Positions 25,976 to 39,349 of a stretch of DNA of 64,000 nt are shown here, in pieces. A program made the translations under genes and the position numbers. Below the pieces are notes generated by a model that saw nothing but the letters and a program-made list of their open reading frames with translations, ran no database searches and was not told where the DNA came from. This DNA comes from Lama guanicoe (lineage: Eukaryota): positions 13,591,175-13,655,174 of the forward strand of contig MU056000.1 of assembly GCA_013239625.1 (NCBI GenBank), in the 5' to 3' direction. How positions within the stretch are numbered: the stretch's first letter is position 1; each line of letters opens with the position of its first letter.

Positions 25976-26728
25976 TTTTTTAAAACAATAATAACAAACA
26001 ATAATAACTCTTAATTGTATAGTTACCCTTGCCAAACAGACATAAAATATTGAAGCCAATACATGTCTTCTTCATTATTATTATTGTAGCTTAAAAGCAA
26101 TATCTAAAATATAAGGACTATTCACTTTGAACTACTTTTTTTCATGTCATAGGAGTATAAATCAATTTATAGAAAAGAAATGTTGGAAAAATCTTAATTT
26201 TTTTCTTGTATTCATTCTGTTTGAAATCATATGAGATATTTTGGGGTTTTGTATTAAACCTTTTGAAAAGTATGTGCAGATCATAATCTTATTTAAGGAG
26301 TCACTTTCTTTTATTAGACTTAAGTCTGAAAATGAAAGAGTTCTGAAAAGTTTAACTTTAGTGCTATTCAGGTGGCAAATGCTGAATATCAGGATTCTTG
26401 CTTTTTGTCGGGCTCCTTTGGTAAAGTAAAATATGAATTGACATTTAAAAATAATAAAAATTTTTATTTAAGTTCTGCTTATTAACCAGTATCTAAACTT
26501 TATGATTAAGTTAGTTGTAGCAATTGGGAGGGAGTGTAAAGAAGAAAAATTTTATGATTATGTTATTTCTAGTTCACTAAACACATTTGTACTCAGGTTG
26601 AAATCTTGGGGAAAACTGAAGAAAAAATATTTTGAGTTGCAAATAACAAATAGTAAATTATCATTAAAATATCTTTCAATTATTTGAATTAATTGTTTTA
26701 TTTAACTAGAATTTAATTTATACCTTTT

Positions 26729-26804
26729 TGTTTGGTGCAGAGAAAGGTTTATTGCAGGGCCAAGCAAGGAGAATGGGTGGTTCATGCTCAAAAAACATGA
26801 ACTC
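26729..26804 (-). mobile_element. Short LTR (ERV1-like) R-region fragment, possibly an L1-made retrocopy
   Basis: Minus strand 'cttctcc-like/cttgcttggccctgcAATAAAcctttctctgcaccaaac-aaaaa'; flanks taatttatacctttt / taatttacagatttt (12/15). Confidence 0.6.
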
Positions 26805-29689
26805 TAATTTACAGATTTTCTTTATATATCTGCCTTTGAGTTAAAATAGGAAAACTGAATGCAAATGCTTATTCATTCCAAGTCCCTGATAACCAACTAA
26901 AATAATAGTAAATGAAGAGAATTATGTACTTAGAAGGACCAAAAAAACAAACAAATAGAATGAGATGATGTAGTAGATGAGATTTAAATATTAATACAAA
27001 TATTTATCAGAATCGAAGGGTGATGGAAAAATTAATTAACAAGAAAAAGGAAGTCACAGCATAAAATATGTATAGAGAACAATTGTACTGGAAGAAAGCA
27101 CAATTTGCCAGAACTTTGGAAAGGCTTGAAATTCAACAGGTAAGGGGGCAGTGAAGTTGAAGATCTGCTATGATCACTAAATATTTAAAAGAACCAACAT
27201 ATATTTACACAATACTTTTGCTGACAGCATGGTATTCTTGGCCTGGAGGGTTGTTCTGAGCCTGTCTCCCATTGGTCAAAATTGGAAATCCTCTTTGTGG
27301 TAATCTCTCTCTCTCATTCGCTCTCTCTCTTAACTGGCGGACTGTTTAAAAAGGTTTGCTCTTTCAAAACCAAGAAGAAATGCAGAAGTCTGTACTGTTT
27401 AGTTGTTGGATTTTTTTTTTTTTAATTCTTACCACTGCCTTTCCCCACTATTCCATGTTAATGAAATAATCACACATGGCAAATTGTAGCCACGGTAGTT
27501 CCACTGAACAAGCTCAGCATGCCTTTTAAGTAAATTAACTCCTGGATTGCTTGTTTCTGGATAGCAAGAAAGTTAATTGCTAGGAATCTTTCTATTTTAA
27601 ATCCATTTTGCAAACTTTGAAAAACTCAAAAAGAATACAACTGATGGTTCTTTTAAACACCAAGGTAGTTTTCCAGGAATTAAGCTTTCTTGTGACAAAA
27701 GCTTGCACACCTATAAAAACGTAGAATATATAGCAACTTCAATAAATATAATTACATGTCATGAGGTTTAAAAACATTAAAACATATTCTCTCTTAATCT
27801 ATTTTTAATGTAATAATCTGATTTCCATAATAAGTGAAATCAATTCTGATATAAATAAGTGTTATCAATTTTGTTGTTGTTATTGTAGGAACTTTTCTTG
27901 GTCTATTTTTAATTGCAGGACTTTTTGTTTTGTTATATCATCTAAAATTAAATAATTGTAATAAATATTTCATTAGGCACATCCAGTAGAAAATAATAAT
28001 TTTCTTGCATTATATTAGTCATCCTGTAAGATTTAGATTAATTTTTACCCTTATAATAAAATATTATAATATAATATACCGATTTTAATAATAATTATCA
28101 AAAACATTCAATCTTTACATGATATATATGTAGCACGTACATAACTCATATATATATGTATATGAGTTGCTTCAATTTTTTTAAGTTCAAATATTACAAA
28201 GTAAAATATGCTATTCCACAACCATTCTATGTGTATTTAAACTTAATTTAAAGTTTTGCATACTTTTGCTGGAGAGTCACCAGTATATACTAGACAAAGG
28301 AAAATTAAGCATTTTTGTTTCCTGCGGAGTTGTCTCAAATTCTAATCACAAGGTAAATGTTTTCAGATATGTTGTGCTGTTTTTCCACACATGAGCTCCC
28401 TCACTCCATGTTGTGCTAATATGGTTACTACCATCTATTTCAAAGATATCTACTAGAAAATGATGTGTCTATGCCTGTAATTTCAAGAAAATGAATGGAA
28501 GATTAATTGGAAATCATCTAATTTTTCAAATTTTTGAGAAAATTCCATTTGAAAGATAGTCACAGGGATGCTTGAATGGACTCACAGTTCACATGTAATA
28601 CAACGTCATGTTACTGATTTTAATAAAGATTTAATCAGCTGAAGTCCCTTTTAGAGACTAAAGGTAAGATATTCCTCTAGTTCATTCTTCCACCCTCTCT
28701 CTTCTTTCTCTCTCCTTTCCCACTTTCCTTCCCAAATCTCTCATATTTAAAAAAAAGAAAGTTTGAAAGAAAGATTAATAGGTTTATATTAATAAATGTA
28801 TATTTTTACAATCTATTATGTCTAACCATTACCTAATATTCTTGAAAAGTATACAATTAATCAATGATAGAATTGATAAGAAAAAAAATTTGTATGGAAA
28901 TTTAAAGAAAATAAGTCCAGTTCCCAACAAATGTAATATGCCCTTTGGTTAATAAAACATGTTCTATGAATTTCATTTTCTCTATTTCTATTAAATTTGC
29001 AAGTTTAAAAACCCAAGAGTGAATTGCAGAATAGAAATAAATCAGCAATTGTTGCAGAGAAGTTGATCCCACACCAATTAGGAGCATGAGTCTAGTTTTA
29101 AGTCACATGAATTTGAGTGAGTAACGAGGGGTAGTTACTGACTGATACATGTTCCCTTGTTAGTGTTGCAGCTGTGAAATGTGTGTGATTCTAAATAAAT
29201 TCAACTGACTTTTTTTTTTGGTGTATGTTAATTCTTTTTCTTTTATTACCTTTATCCAATTCCATTTTTTTTCCATCTTCCTTTGAAGTTTGTGAAAAAT
29301 AATTCTCTTTTCCTAACTTGCTGCATCTATGTAGACTATCTTTTTTGTAGAAAATTTCTCTAGCATGGAGTTCAACATCTACAGATTAAAGATTCTAAAA
29401 AATAACCTGATAATCAAAATATGTAATAATACCATATGAGACCATAGGTATAATGCAAATAACAAACTTGTTTCTATTAAACTGTCAAAAATGTGATATT
29501 ATGTAAAATATAATTTACTTAATAGTAATAGGTCTTTCTTCTTACCACCAACATAATGCTGTATAAAAACATTTTCATGGAATAAATTGCTAAAATTCAT
29601 GTTTCATGGGATAACATTGCTTAAATTCAAGACACCAAAGGAAAAAAATTTCAGTAAAAATCTTAATATATACATGCATACATACATAG

Positions 29690-30149
29690 TACATAGCAGT
29701 CTGATTCCTGGCAGAAAAAAACACAGGACACCTAATTTAAGACAGTTTTTAAAAGGACTGTTTATAGAATTATGGACCAACAAGGGTAACAAAGGTATCA
29801 CATCCTGTGAAATCATTAGTACAACCAGGTCTGAAGGAGCAAGGGATTCAAGAGATTACCAAAATGTGGAAGGACCTGCAGCTCTGAAACCTCTAGCCAC
29901 AGATGAAGAAACACAGTCACTTTGATACTAATGGCCTGAAAGGAGGACACATGGAAAACAGATACCCTGTTCTCTCTCTCTCTGTCTCATCTTCCAGTCT
30001 ACTGCTAGTGCCTTCCATTGGTCCAATCCAACTGAAAGCTACAGACAGGTGAGTCATTCTATAGAAGTCAGTCTACAGGTTACTGGGCATTGATCAGAAT
30101 GAAGGGTAGAGAGAGGATCTGGAAGAATAAATAGAGATTATTTAACACA
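29690..30149 (-). mobile_element. ERVL solo LTR, LTR41/LTR33-like
   Basis: 'ctgctagtgccttccattggtccaatccaactgaaagc', 'agagaggatctggaagaataaatagagattatttaacaca' (minus strand starts TGTG), 'aaaaggactgtttataga'. Confidence 0.75.
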
Positions 30150-30339
30150 GTGCTGATTTAAAAACTGGCATGGAGAAGACTGGCTCCTCTTTTAAATGAC
30201 ATCAGGACTCCTATCAATAGCAGTCGTATTACCGTAATTGGGAGATTGAAAATGAACAATTTCATAAATGCCTCTTAACAAGTCAATCAAAAAAGTAGAG
30301 TTAATTCTTATAAGATCATTTTATATCAGTGATATTTGG

Positions 30340-30580
30340 ACAAAATCAAGATACCCCACGATCTCCACAGCCTTAATGAACAGGCTGAATTTGACAGGGT
30401 GAAATGTTACAAATGTAAATTCCGTTGGCTACGTTGAAAAATCAACAAGTTCAAAGCACAGTATGGCACTTAACAGAAATAAAGGTAAGACATCCTCAGG
30501 GGGTTTTGCCTGTGGTCAGTGAACACCTGGGGAATCAACAGAAGTCTGTGGCTGTTTGATATGGAAATCACATCCAGAGT
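30340..30580 (+). mobile_element. L3/CR1 LINE fragment (very old)
   Basis: 'acaaatgtaaattcc...aaaaatcaacaagttcaaagcacag...gggggttttgcc...aatcaacagaagtctgtggctg' follows the order of L3 ORF2. Confidence 0.5.
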
Positions 30581-30874
30581 TAGAGGCAGTGCCTCAGGAC
30601 ATGATGCTCCTCTTTATTTTGGATTCTCAGTGATATACAGCACATCCCCTGTCCAAGTAATTTAGTTATTAGCAGCTGTACAGAATGACTACTTCCAAAT
30701 GTTAATTCTGTGAGTCTGAAAAGACATGTGAAATAAACTTTAAAATTGTAAATCACCTGATTCCACAAAGATTTATTGAACAAGTGCCATAAGTAAGTCA
30801 CTGTACTAGAGAAAATGAATATAAAGGTAGATATTTATAACCAATACCTGCAGGTAAATGTGCAAAATTAATGA

Positions 30875-31110
30875 CTAACGTATTCTGAGAACCTACTGTG
30901 AATCAGAACTCTCTTTAGCACATTGTGCATATTACGTAACTGTTATAATTAGCCTAGTAAGTAGCTATTCTAACATCCCCATGTCACAGAAAAGGAATCT
31001 GGCCCAGAGTTAAAGCACCTTGCTCAAGATCATAGATGGTACCTTACAGTAAAGCTAGAACCCATGTTCTAGTTCCAGAACCCATGTTCTAACCATTATG
31101 TAATACTGTC
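30875..31110 (-). mobile_element. MIR SINE with a small internal duplication
   Basis: 'catccccatgtcacagaaaaggaatctggcccagagttaaagcaccttgctcaagatcatag'; agaacccatgttcta twice (31057, 31077). Confidence 0.8.
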
Positions 31111-31939
31111 TCCCCATCAGAGCTATTTATATGTTAAAACAGATTAAGTTGAATCAGATTTTTGGTAAAAAAAATGTTGTCCATGAGATTAGGATTCGAG
31201 TATGATTTTTTGAAATATGAGTTAGACACTGCTTGGTTTCATCTTGATTCTTCTATAATTCCTCCCCTTATTATGGCAGTGATCTGTAAGACTCAGTTCT
31301 CCCACTGCTTTTATTTGGTGAGAGGAGTTCATTCCATACTTTCCCTGGTTGTTCTGATCCCAAATTAGGTCATCGACAATGAAGCAGAAATCAATATCCT
31401 CAAATCTGGGTTTTCAGCCCAGACTTAACTCCTAAGCTCCACGTTAAAAGGCTCAGGACTCCACATTTTGATATCTCAAGAGTTCTGCATTTTCAACCTG
31501 TCCGGGGCTGAAATGCCAGCTATTTCTTCCAACCTCCTCCTAATTCACAACACCACCACCAACTGATCAGAATCTGTGTCTATCATGCCCATCTATGGAT
31601 TTATACAATTCAACATAGATCTTGAAATATATTCTGTATATATTAAAAAAAACACTGAATTAAAAATCAAAGAATGTCTAAAAGATGAAAGAAACAGAAT
31701 ATACGCCAATAATATTGGTCCCTAATATGCATTTAATATACCTAATATATATATTTTTATCACTCAAGTCTTGCTTGCAAACCATAGATGTCAACTGTGT
31801 ATTTTGGCTCACGACACCTGCATTTGATCCATGTCTGCTTAAAATACCTGGAGTAGTTTGTTTTTCCTTACTGGACCCTGCCTGGTATACTGTAGACAGA
31901 TCAGTACCTCAGAAAGTGTCCAGAGAAGCCTAGATTAGA

Positions 31940-32990
31940 CAGGGGGTATCTCTGATGCCTCTATCCCTGACACCATGGCCACTTTGTCAGCAGTCCCCTG
32001 AGCAAGCACTGAGATGGTTGGAGACACTGGCTGACTGATAACAAAAAGTAATGGGATTGTGTGAGAAACACTTTAATACACAGTTTGGTCTATTAGCTAA
32101 AACCCCATTCTAGATGGGAAGCTAAGTTTGCATGAATTTTTGTTCTCTGATGGTCAGTTCCATTTCCCTTCGAGCCCAAGAGCTAGCCAAAGCAGTTTGT
32201 CAGAAGAACAGAATGTTGTTGTTTTCGTACCAGAGAGGGTATGTATAGCTTTTCTCCAAATACGCAGGCCTGTGAGCTGTGACTACTCCATGCAGGTTTT
32301 CCCAGACTCTGCACTTCAGATGACATAGCATTTTGCCACCTATGACTTGAGTAGAATGGGATCCCATCGGTCATAAAGGCCACTTGGTGACAAAGTTTTT
32401 TTAATCAAACCCTGGGCCATTTAAATAAATTCTTCATATTCTGGGAACCATTCAAACCCTTAAATCGGTTAGAGTTGCACGAACAAACATCACAAACATT
32501 CCCTTTAAAATCAGTGAGGCCCTCAAAGAATTATTCCTCCTTCTTAGCGGTAGGAGAGTCAGAGTGCAAAGTATAGCACTGTGCTTTTAACTTCAACTTG
32601 ACAGTGCAGTCTCCGACTTGGTAGTGGGCCCATTCATTTTGATGGGGTGTTTCTCCACTATCTGTCATGAATTTTTCCAGCCAAAGCAGCTGGAGAACCT
32701 CATAATATTTTGTCTCTCAGGTCCCATAAGCGAGATGTTATTGATTAAGTGGATCCTGTGATGTCCTGGTAGGTCAATGAATAGCTCTCCTTTACTAAGA
32801 CATGGAGAGTGATACAAAATTAAGTCACAGAGCAAAGGCGTACTGTGACTTGTGTTTAATTGTTTCCAGTGTTCTCTGCTTACTGGTATACAGAAAACAC
32901 ATTTGCCAAATCAAGCTGCACACCCAGGGCCAGAAACTGGATTGATTTGCTTCAGTTAAGAGATAACATCCAGAAATTCTCTAAAGCAAG
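31940..32990 (-). mobile_element. Decayed ERVL internal region (RT through integrase N-terminus)
   Basis: Minus-strand translation with disruptions: DVIS*LKQIN...AA.DLANVF..PVSREHWKQ (RT), IHLINNISLMGP (cf. VHYIDDIMLIGP), SQPVSPTISVLAQ..QSGHGVRDRG (cf. QSGHGGRDGG). Confidence 0.85.
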
Positions 32991-34952
32991 CTTGTTGGAA
33001 GGTTTCTGATCCTGACTTCTGTTGAGAATTGAAGGATTTTAGACTGTCATCTTGTTTCTTTAGCTGTTCATTGACTGCTATCACACTTCCTTAGCTTCTT
33101 CACGTCCATGTGCCATATGTTTTGTGTAGTGATGAGAGCCATTGGTTCCATAAGACTTGCCTTTAATAGAAATTTATTTCAGGTGACATTGATTAAATGC
33201 TTGAAAACTGGCTGCCAGATTTTTTACCATTCCAAATCAGATGGATTTTCAATATTCTCCCCTTGGCACTAATCCCAATTCTTCCAGAATAAATTCTAAA
33301 CTGGTTGCAATTCTTGCTTCCATGTGACTATAACTTCACTTAGTTAATCATAAATGAAATTTAATGGCAGAGGATTTGATTGCCCCTAATATGGAAAAGG
33401 TTGCTGATAATCATGCTCAATAAACATTAACTAAAAAGACAAAAACTGCTAAGATTAGCCATCTCAGAAAACTGCTGTTGTTCCTCATGACCTCTTCCAC
33501 GGGGACAACCGCGTCTGGACAGGAGCCACTCTCCTGCTGGGTTCCACTTCCCTTGGACAGTTTGTCCTAAGCGATTAGACTCTGCACTCTGTTGATTCTG
33601 CTATCAAAACTGTATAAATGTCATCATGTTTTCGATTCATTTACTCAAGACTCAAAGCCTTCCGTGGTGGGAGGGAGGAGAGATGTGACCAGGGAGCTTA
33701 GATGCCACGCTGCCGAAGTGAAAGGAAGGGATTATCTACCCGTCTTCAGCTTCCATGGCAGATGGCTTGGTTGGCTTCCTTCTAGCTTGAGATTTCCCCC
33801 AATTCAAAAGGGCAGCCAAAGCAGGAAAAATATCCAATGAACCTGTTAAACACGAAAAATACATGAGATTAAAAAAAGGAGGTAAAACAGAAAATTAACA
33901 ATAATTCAAATCTTTAGTCAGCCAATGTCATCACTGCATAAATGTTCAGAACCATCATTTATGACCAGATCAAAGCATAATAGATCCTCTCTAAAATGAC
34001 CTCTCTGTCTTCATTATGGGGAACAGGATATTTACTCCCACTGTAGCCTCTCTCGTTCTCCCTTCCATACCACATTCATGTGAGATAAAGCTTTTAGTTT
34101 AAGGAAACGGCGAAAGGAGAGATGTCCATTCCATCCACACATCATGCTAATGGGTGCATATGGCTTTGAATTCAGGAAATGATTCCACTCCAAAATTTCT
34201 CACCCAGTAGAAAATGTTATTTTATTAAAAATCTTCTACGTATGAATATATGTACTCTTTCTGCTTTAAGTAATACTTTAGAGCAGACACATAATAGAAA
34301 TATAAAAGCTAATTATATAAAATAAAGAATTGGATCCATTATGAGGCACAGGTAATTATGAAAAGAAAAGCAAAAATTTGAAAGGTCAAGGAAACAGCCA
34401 TCTGCTTAACAACCTGACCATCTGTGAAAAATATTTCAAGGCCAGTTAAAAGCTCTGAAGGCCCTAAATGCCACCCAGAAAGATGCCTAATAAGTTAGTC
34501 TACATCTGAACTCAAGGTATAAGACATAGACTGTGTGAGTGCTACGATCATTCACTTTTTTAAATCAATTTAAATTTGCCTTGTTAATTAGAAAGAGTAC
34601 CTAGTTTCTTTTAATTAAATTCTTATGAAGAGGCCTTAAAGTTAGGTGAAAAAGTCATATTAATCTGCACATTCATTATGACTGAAAACAGTGCTACACG
34701 GTCTGATATCTTTGATTAAACTGGATGTTTTCAAAAGTATGTGTTTTACTTATATGTAGTACCATATTTTAATTTCATTATTAAAATGTATTAAGGTATT
34801 TCAAAAAGCATTTAAAGGGAAAATTGAGTTAGTCTGCTAGTCAAATAAAAAAACAATAACCCTAAAAAAATTAAAGAAACCTCTTATTCAATCTCTCCCA
34901 GTACAATCTTCCAGACAAAGTAACTGTTAAAACTCCAAAGAAAATTTATAAA

Positions 34953-34976
34953 TGTGTGTGTGTGTGTGTGTGTGTG
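34953..34976. repeat. (TG)12 microsatellite
   Basis: Direct read. Confidence 0.97.
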
Positions 34977-35599
34977 GCTGGTATTGCGAATGACTGGATT
35001 TAAAATAATACATGATTTTGAAACATTTTGAAAACTTTTGAGTTTTTTAGTCAAAAATAAAGTCCATTTTTCTATTTGTACATCTCTATTATTATATTGT
35101 TTAATTGTTTAATTAAAAAAATACATTTATGCACATTTCCTAAATTGATTCCCAGCATTTATAACTTTATCTCCTGCAAAAATCACTTTCCTTCCATTAT
35201 TTAGCCCAATTATTTATTAATGTTTAATAAGAATATTTAATGTTCATTTGAGGGTAAATTAGTCTGACAAATAAACTTCATGAATTATTTCGCAGATGTT
35301 GCTTGTTCCTAGGTGAATCTTAGATTTTCTGACAACAAATCACTCCCTCTGAAGGCGTCATTCAACTTCAGCAGGTATTCATCACCACGTCCGCACTGGA
35401 TGCAGCCCTGGACATCAGGGATGCAGGAGTGAACTAGAGATGAGGTTCGTGTTCTCAGGGAGCCGCCTACATACTAAAGGGGAAATTTAAGAAACCAATA
35501 GATGCTTTTAAGGTTAAGTACAGAAAATCAACATTTTTAAAATATGAAAATTTATAATACAAGAATAAACCATAAATTTCTCTTTTCTGGTTTCCTTTG

Positions 35600-36430
35600 T
35601 TGGTTTTTCAGTTAAGTGTAGGCATGTGTATCTGTTGTTTCCTTATGACTGATTTTATGTCTTGTTAAAGAAATCTTTCAGGATGTCAAAGTACAAACAA
35701 TTCAATTATATTTACCAATCAGTGTCCCCAAGGTTTTGGTGTTTGTTTCTTCTTTTGTTATTGATGATAATTTTTGCCTTTAAGAATTTGCCCCATCTGA
35801 AGTCAATCGTTGAATATACTGTACATAGTTTAATTTAAGTCCATCTTTTTAATGTCATTAGTTTTCTGCTTCATTTTTCCCAACTGCCCCTTCTTTCCTC
35901 AGTGACCTGGCAAGCAACCTCTGTCACCTATCAGAGTTGCCGGTTTCTGGGATCTCTATCCTACTCCGTTGATTAATCCTGAGTTCATACCACAATATCA
36001 ACATTAACATTGTTTCATAAGTCCAGGTATCATGAATGACCAGTTGTCCTCCTTGGTCCTTTTTCAGAAATGATCTTACTATATCAATATTTTACATATT
36101 TGAGAATTGGCTTATTAAGCTCCGTGAATTACTCTGTTGTGGAACCTACCCACGGTATTGACTATATTTATATGGAGAGAAAATCCTCAGCTTCAAATTA
36201 TTTATTCTTTTCACATATAACATGGTGTATGTCTCCCTTAAGTTATGTCTATTATAATGTCTTTTAATAAAGTTTTATCATTATCTGATAGAATTCTTAC
36301 AATCTGCCTTACAGTTTAACAAGCAAAATGAAATAACAAGAAACATATAGCTCTGAAGCAGTTATTTTATTATATTTTATTTACATATTTGTTATACTGA
36401 ATGTGTAGAAATCTTTTAGTGTTTATGTGG
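35600..36430 (-). mobile_element. Old L1M ORF2 remnant
   Basis: 'ttttatgtcttgttaaagaaatcttt', 'tttctgggatctctatcctactccgttg', 'tttgagaattggcttattaagctcc', 'acatggtgtatgtctccc'. Confidence 0.6.
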
Positions 36431-37639
36431 CAGATGGGTAGTCATAATTAGGCAACTTAAATTCATATTTTACTTTCACCAGTAAATTTTAAAAAAGTAT
36501 TGGCATAAAGAGAATTATCAATTTTCTCTTCCACCTAGTTTTATGTACAGAAAACCCAAATATATTGATTTATTAACTTATTGAATTGTCTTTACATTTA
36601 TTTTGTCATTCACTTATTAAATATTAACTTACTGAATAAGTCCTATATATTTAACATCATCATAAACATAGGTGTAATAAATAAAAACAATAAAACCTAC
36701 ATACTATAATCTGGATTTTAAATTTCTTGCTCTTAAAGTATATCTTATTATAACCATCTTTTAATTCAAAAAGAAGTAACTGGGTGTAAGCCCATTTAAA
36801 TGTGTAAAAGTAAAGTTTACTGGTAAAATACTTGTCATCTCTGTTTCATGAAGAACATTATGTGTATGTGTGTATACATTTAGAGATATGAATATATATA
36901 TATATATATGAAAATAATGAGGAGCAAGGTTCTTAAGGAAAATATATTAAGAAAATGAAAGCCCATTGCCAGCTAAGTGTGGGAAAGTGAGGCGGTAGCT
37001 ATTTGGGAGAACATTACTTAAAGGGAAAAAAAAAAGTGAAATGCATCTGGGAATGCATAGGCCTGTAATTACTTATTTTTGCATTATTAAAATAGCCATG
37101 AGTTTGATGAACAAATACACAGGCATATTGTGAATGATAATCTCAAAGTTCTTTGGAAAAGTAAATAAGAGCTGATAAAGCATGTTTATGACCCAGAAAT
37201 GACATTGCCACAGGTAATTAAGATGTGCAAGTAAGACCAGCTCTTGCCTATAATTTGAAACCTGCTTGAGCATCAGATACCTTTTATGTGTGTACAACAG
37301 CCAGGGAAGTAATTGATTCTACTTATAGCAAAAGCAAGTCAGCATTTTGAGGGTTTTTTTTTTCTTTCCCTAACTGATACACATTTTATCTCCATTCAGC
37401 TGAGACAAATGGAAAAAAGGCAGAGATTTGACTCAGCATTTGTGCTCAGATTCATTAGTGTTATGAACTGACAAGGGGGAAGAACCAAACCTTTTTTCCT
37501 CTACTCTCTGCTTAAAAATTCAAGTGACAGAAAATAGAAATGTTTCGAAAGTATGTTAAAGTACATCAGAAAAAAAATTGTTTTTATTAGGCCAAATTCT
37601 TTCTGAAATTAATGCAGTGGTTTAGAACATGGTATTCTA

Positions 37640-37802
37640 TTTCTCTTAAGATCTGGTAACATTTTGGGAAATTCTGATTCACCTAGAGAGCCTTTTAGGA
37701 AATACTATTCCTAAGACATACCCTCAGAGATTATGTTTTAATTGGTCTGTTATGGAGACTGGGGCTGTACTTCTAAGAGCTGCCAATGATGAGAACCACT
37801 AT
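37640..37802. mobile_element. MER5-like hAT-Charlie MITE
   Basis: 'attcacctagagagcctttt...ccctcagagattatgttttaattggtctg...tgagaaccact'. Confidence 0.6.
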
Positions 37803-38974
37803 TTTAACATATTCCCTCACTGCTCTGACTTAATTTTGGAAGTCATTAATTTCCATAGGCCACTAGGGCATTAGACTCAGCTGTAGATTATCTAAACCCA
37901 CACGCCTAATCTCTGATAATGAATAAGTAAAAGATTATTTGTCATTGGATTTGAAAGTTGAGATTCATATTCAAACAGAGACATGCTAAGGAGCCTTTGT
38001 ATAAAAGCAATTATACGATCGATCTAACTTCCAGTCCTGATTTAGCCTTCCTGTCAGCAGTCTGAAACACATTTTGATGAGGAGAGAGAGAGAAAGCCAT
38101 AGATCATCTGATATTAATGTTATCAGGGACGAGCCCCATAGAGCGTACACACTACCTGACGAGTCCCACTTTCCTTCTCATTCTGGGAAAAATGGAGCCT
38201 GTGGGAGGAGAATCACCATTCTGTTTATTCCCTGTGCAGAAGTGCAATTTCCCCCCTGTCTTCTCTGTATTCTTCAGTCAAAGTCCGCTGGCTACAAAGA
38301 AAGTGTTTAAAAGAACCTCAAATTCTGGGAATCCTAGAAGAGGAAATAATATCTCCAGCATTTGCTGAGAAATGACCAAAAGAATACTATGAAAGAAGAC
38401 ATATTTTTCACTTTTAAAATACAGGAAAGGCTTAGAGAACAAAGATGAGATTATCTTCCTCTAAACGTGATGCAAATGATGATAAAGGAGGGCGTTCCTT
38501 GACTATTTCCATTCTCATGTCACAGCGGACACGTACAGTTTGTTTTCCTGGGAACCCATCTTGACTATACAAATACAGTGTAGAGAACACACGAATATAC
38601 ATTTAAGGAGCTGTTTCTCCCGTCTCTCCAGCCACGTTGTTTCATCAGGGACTGTCAGTCATACCACTAAGGTACTCTAGCCACAGGGGAGGGTCTGGGA
38701 CCCAAACCAATGTGCTTAGAAGTCTCTGTGGATTAACAGCAAACAGGCACAGGTAGGCAGCCTACTACTTTCTTCCAGGCATTGCTAATCCCAAAGGTAC
38801 ACACTTGCCTATTTTGCAAGTTTCTTTATTAGATATAAAATCAAATTTACCTATTTACCAATGCCAATGATCTATTGCCACCATTTACCTATACCAATCT
38901 GAGCTATGATTCTACTACATGCAACCCAAAGATTCCTGATCATTGTTGTACCAAAAAACGCGTGGCACCATTTA

Positions 38975-39310
38975 ATACTAGAGGGTATAAGGAAAAGGAC
39001 CGTGGCTTTATCATGTACCAGCTGTAAGGCTTTTAAGCAAGATTTAATTACTTCTAAGCCTGTATGACTTCGTGTCTGAAAAAGGGGCTATATCAGCACT
39101 TTTCCCATGGTATTATTGTGAGAGTTAGATGGAATTCTGCACGTAATGCACAAGGACTGGCATTTTAAAAGCTGTAAAAAGGTTAATAATGCTATTATTC
39201 ACAGATCTTCTAGTTCAGTAATATAGTCCTGATTTCACACATGAGAAGACAAGTTCAAAGAGGTTAAAGTAACTTGTCCAATGTTATAATAATGTGTAAG
39301 TGGTTAGGAA
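38975..39310. mobile_element. Two adjacent MIRs (+ ~38975-39200; - ~39205-39310)
   Basis: 'agcaagatttaattacttctaagcctg...tattattgtgagagttagatgg' then 'acatgagaagacaagttcaaagaggttaaagtaacttgtccaa'. Confidence 0.65.
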
Positions 39311-39349
39311 TTAAAAAATTTACTTAGCTAGTACAAGTCCAAAGTCTGT

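Noticed and set aside
28143..28168. Palindrome aactcatata...tatatgagtt
   Set aside because: Mostly self-complementary (AT)n with short arms.
33000..33420. Possible additional old transposon; likewise 55870-56310 and 62930-63550
   Set aside because: Composition is suggestive but I could not match enough diagnostic sequence to call a family.
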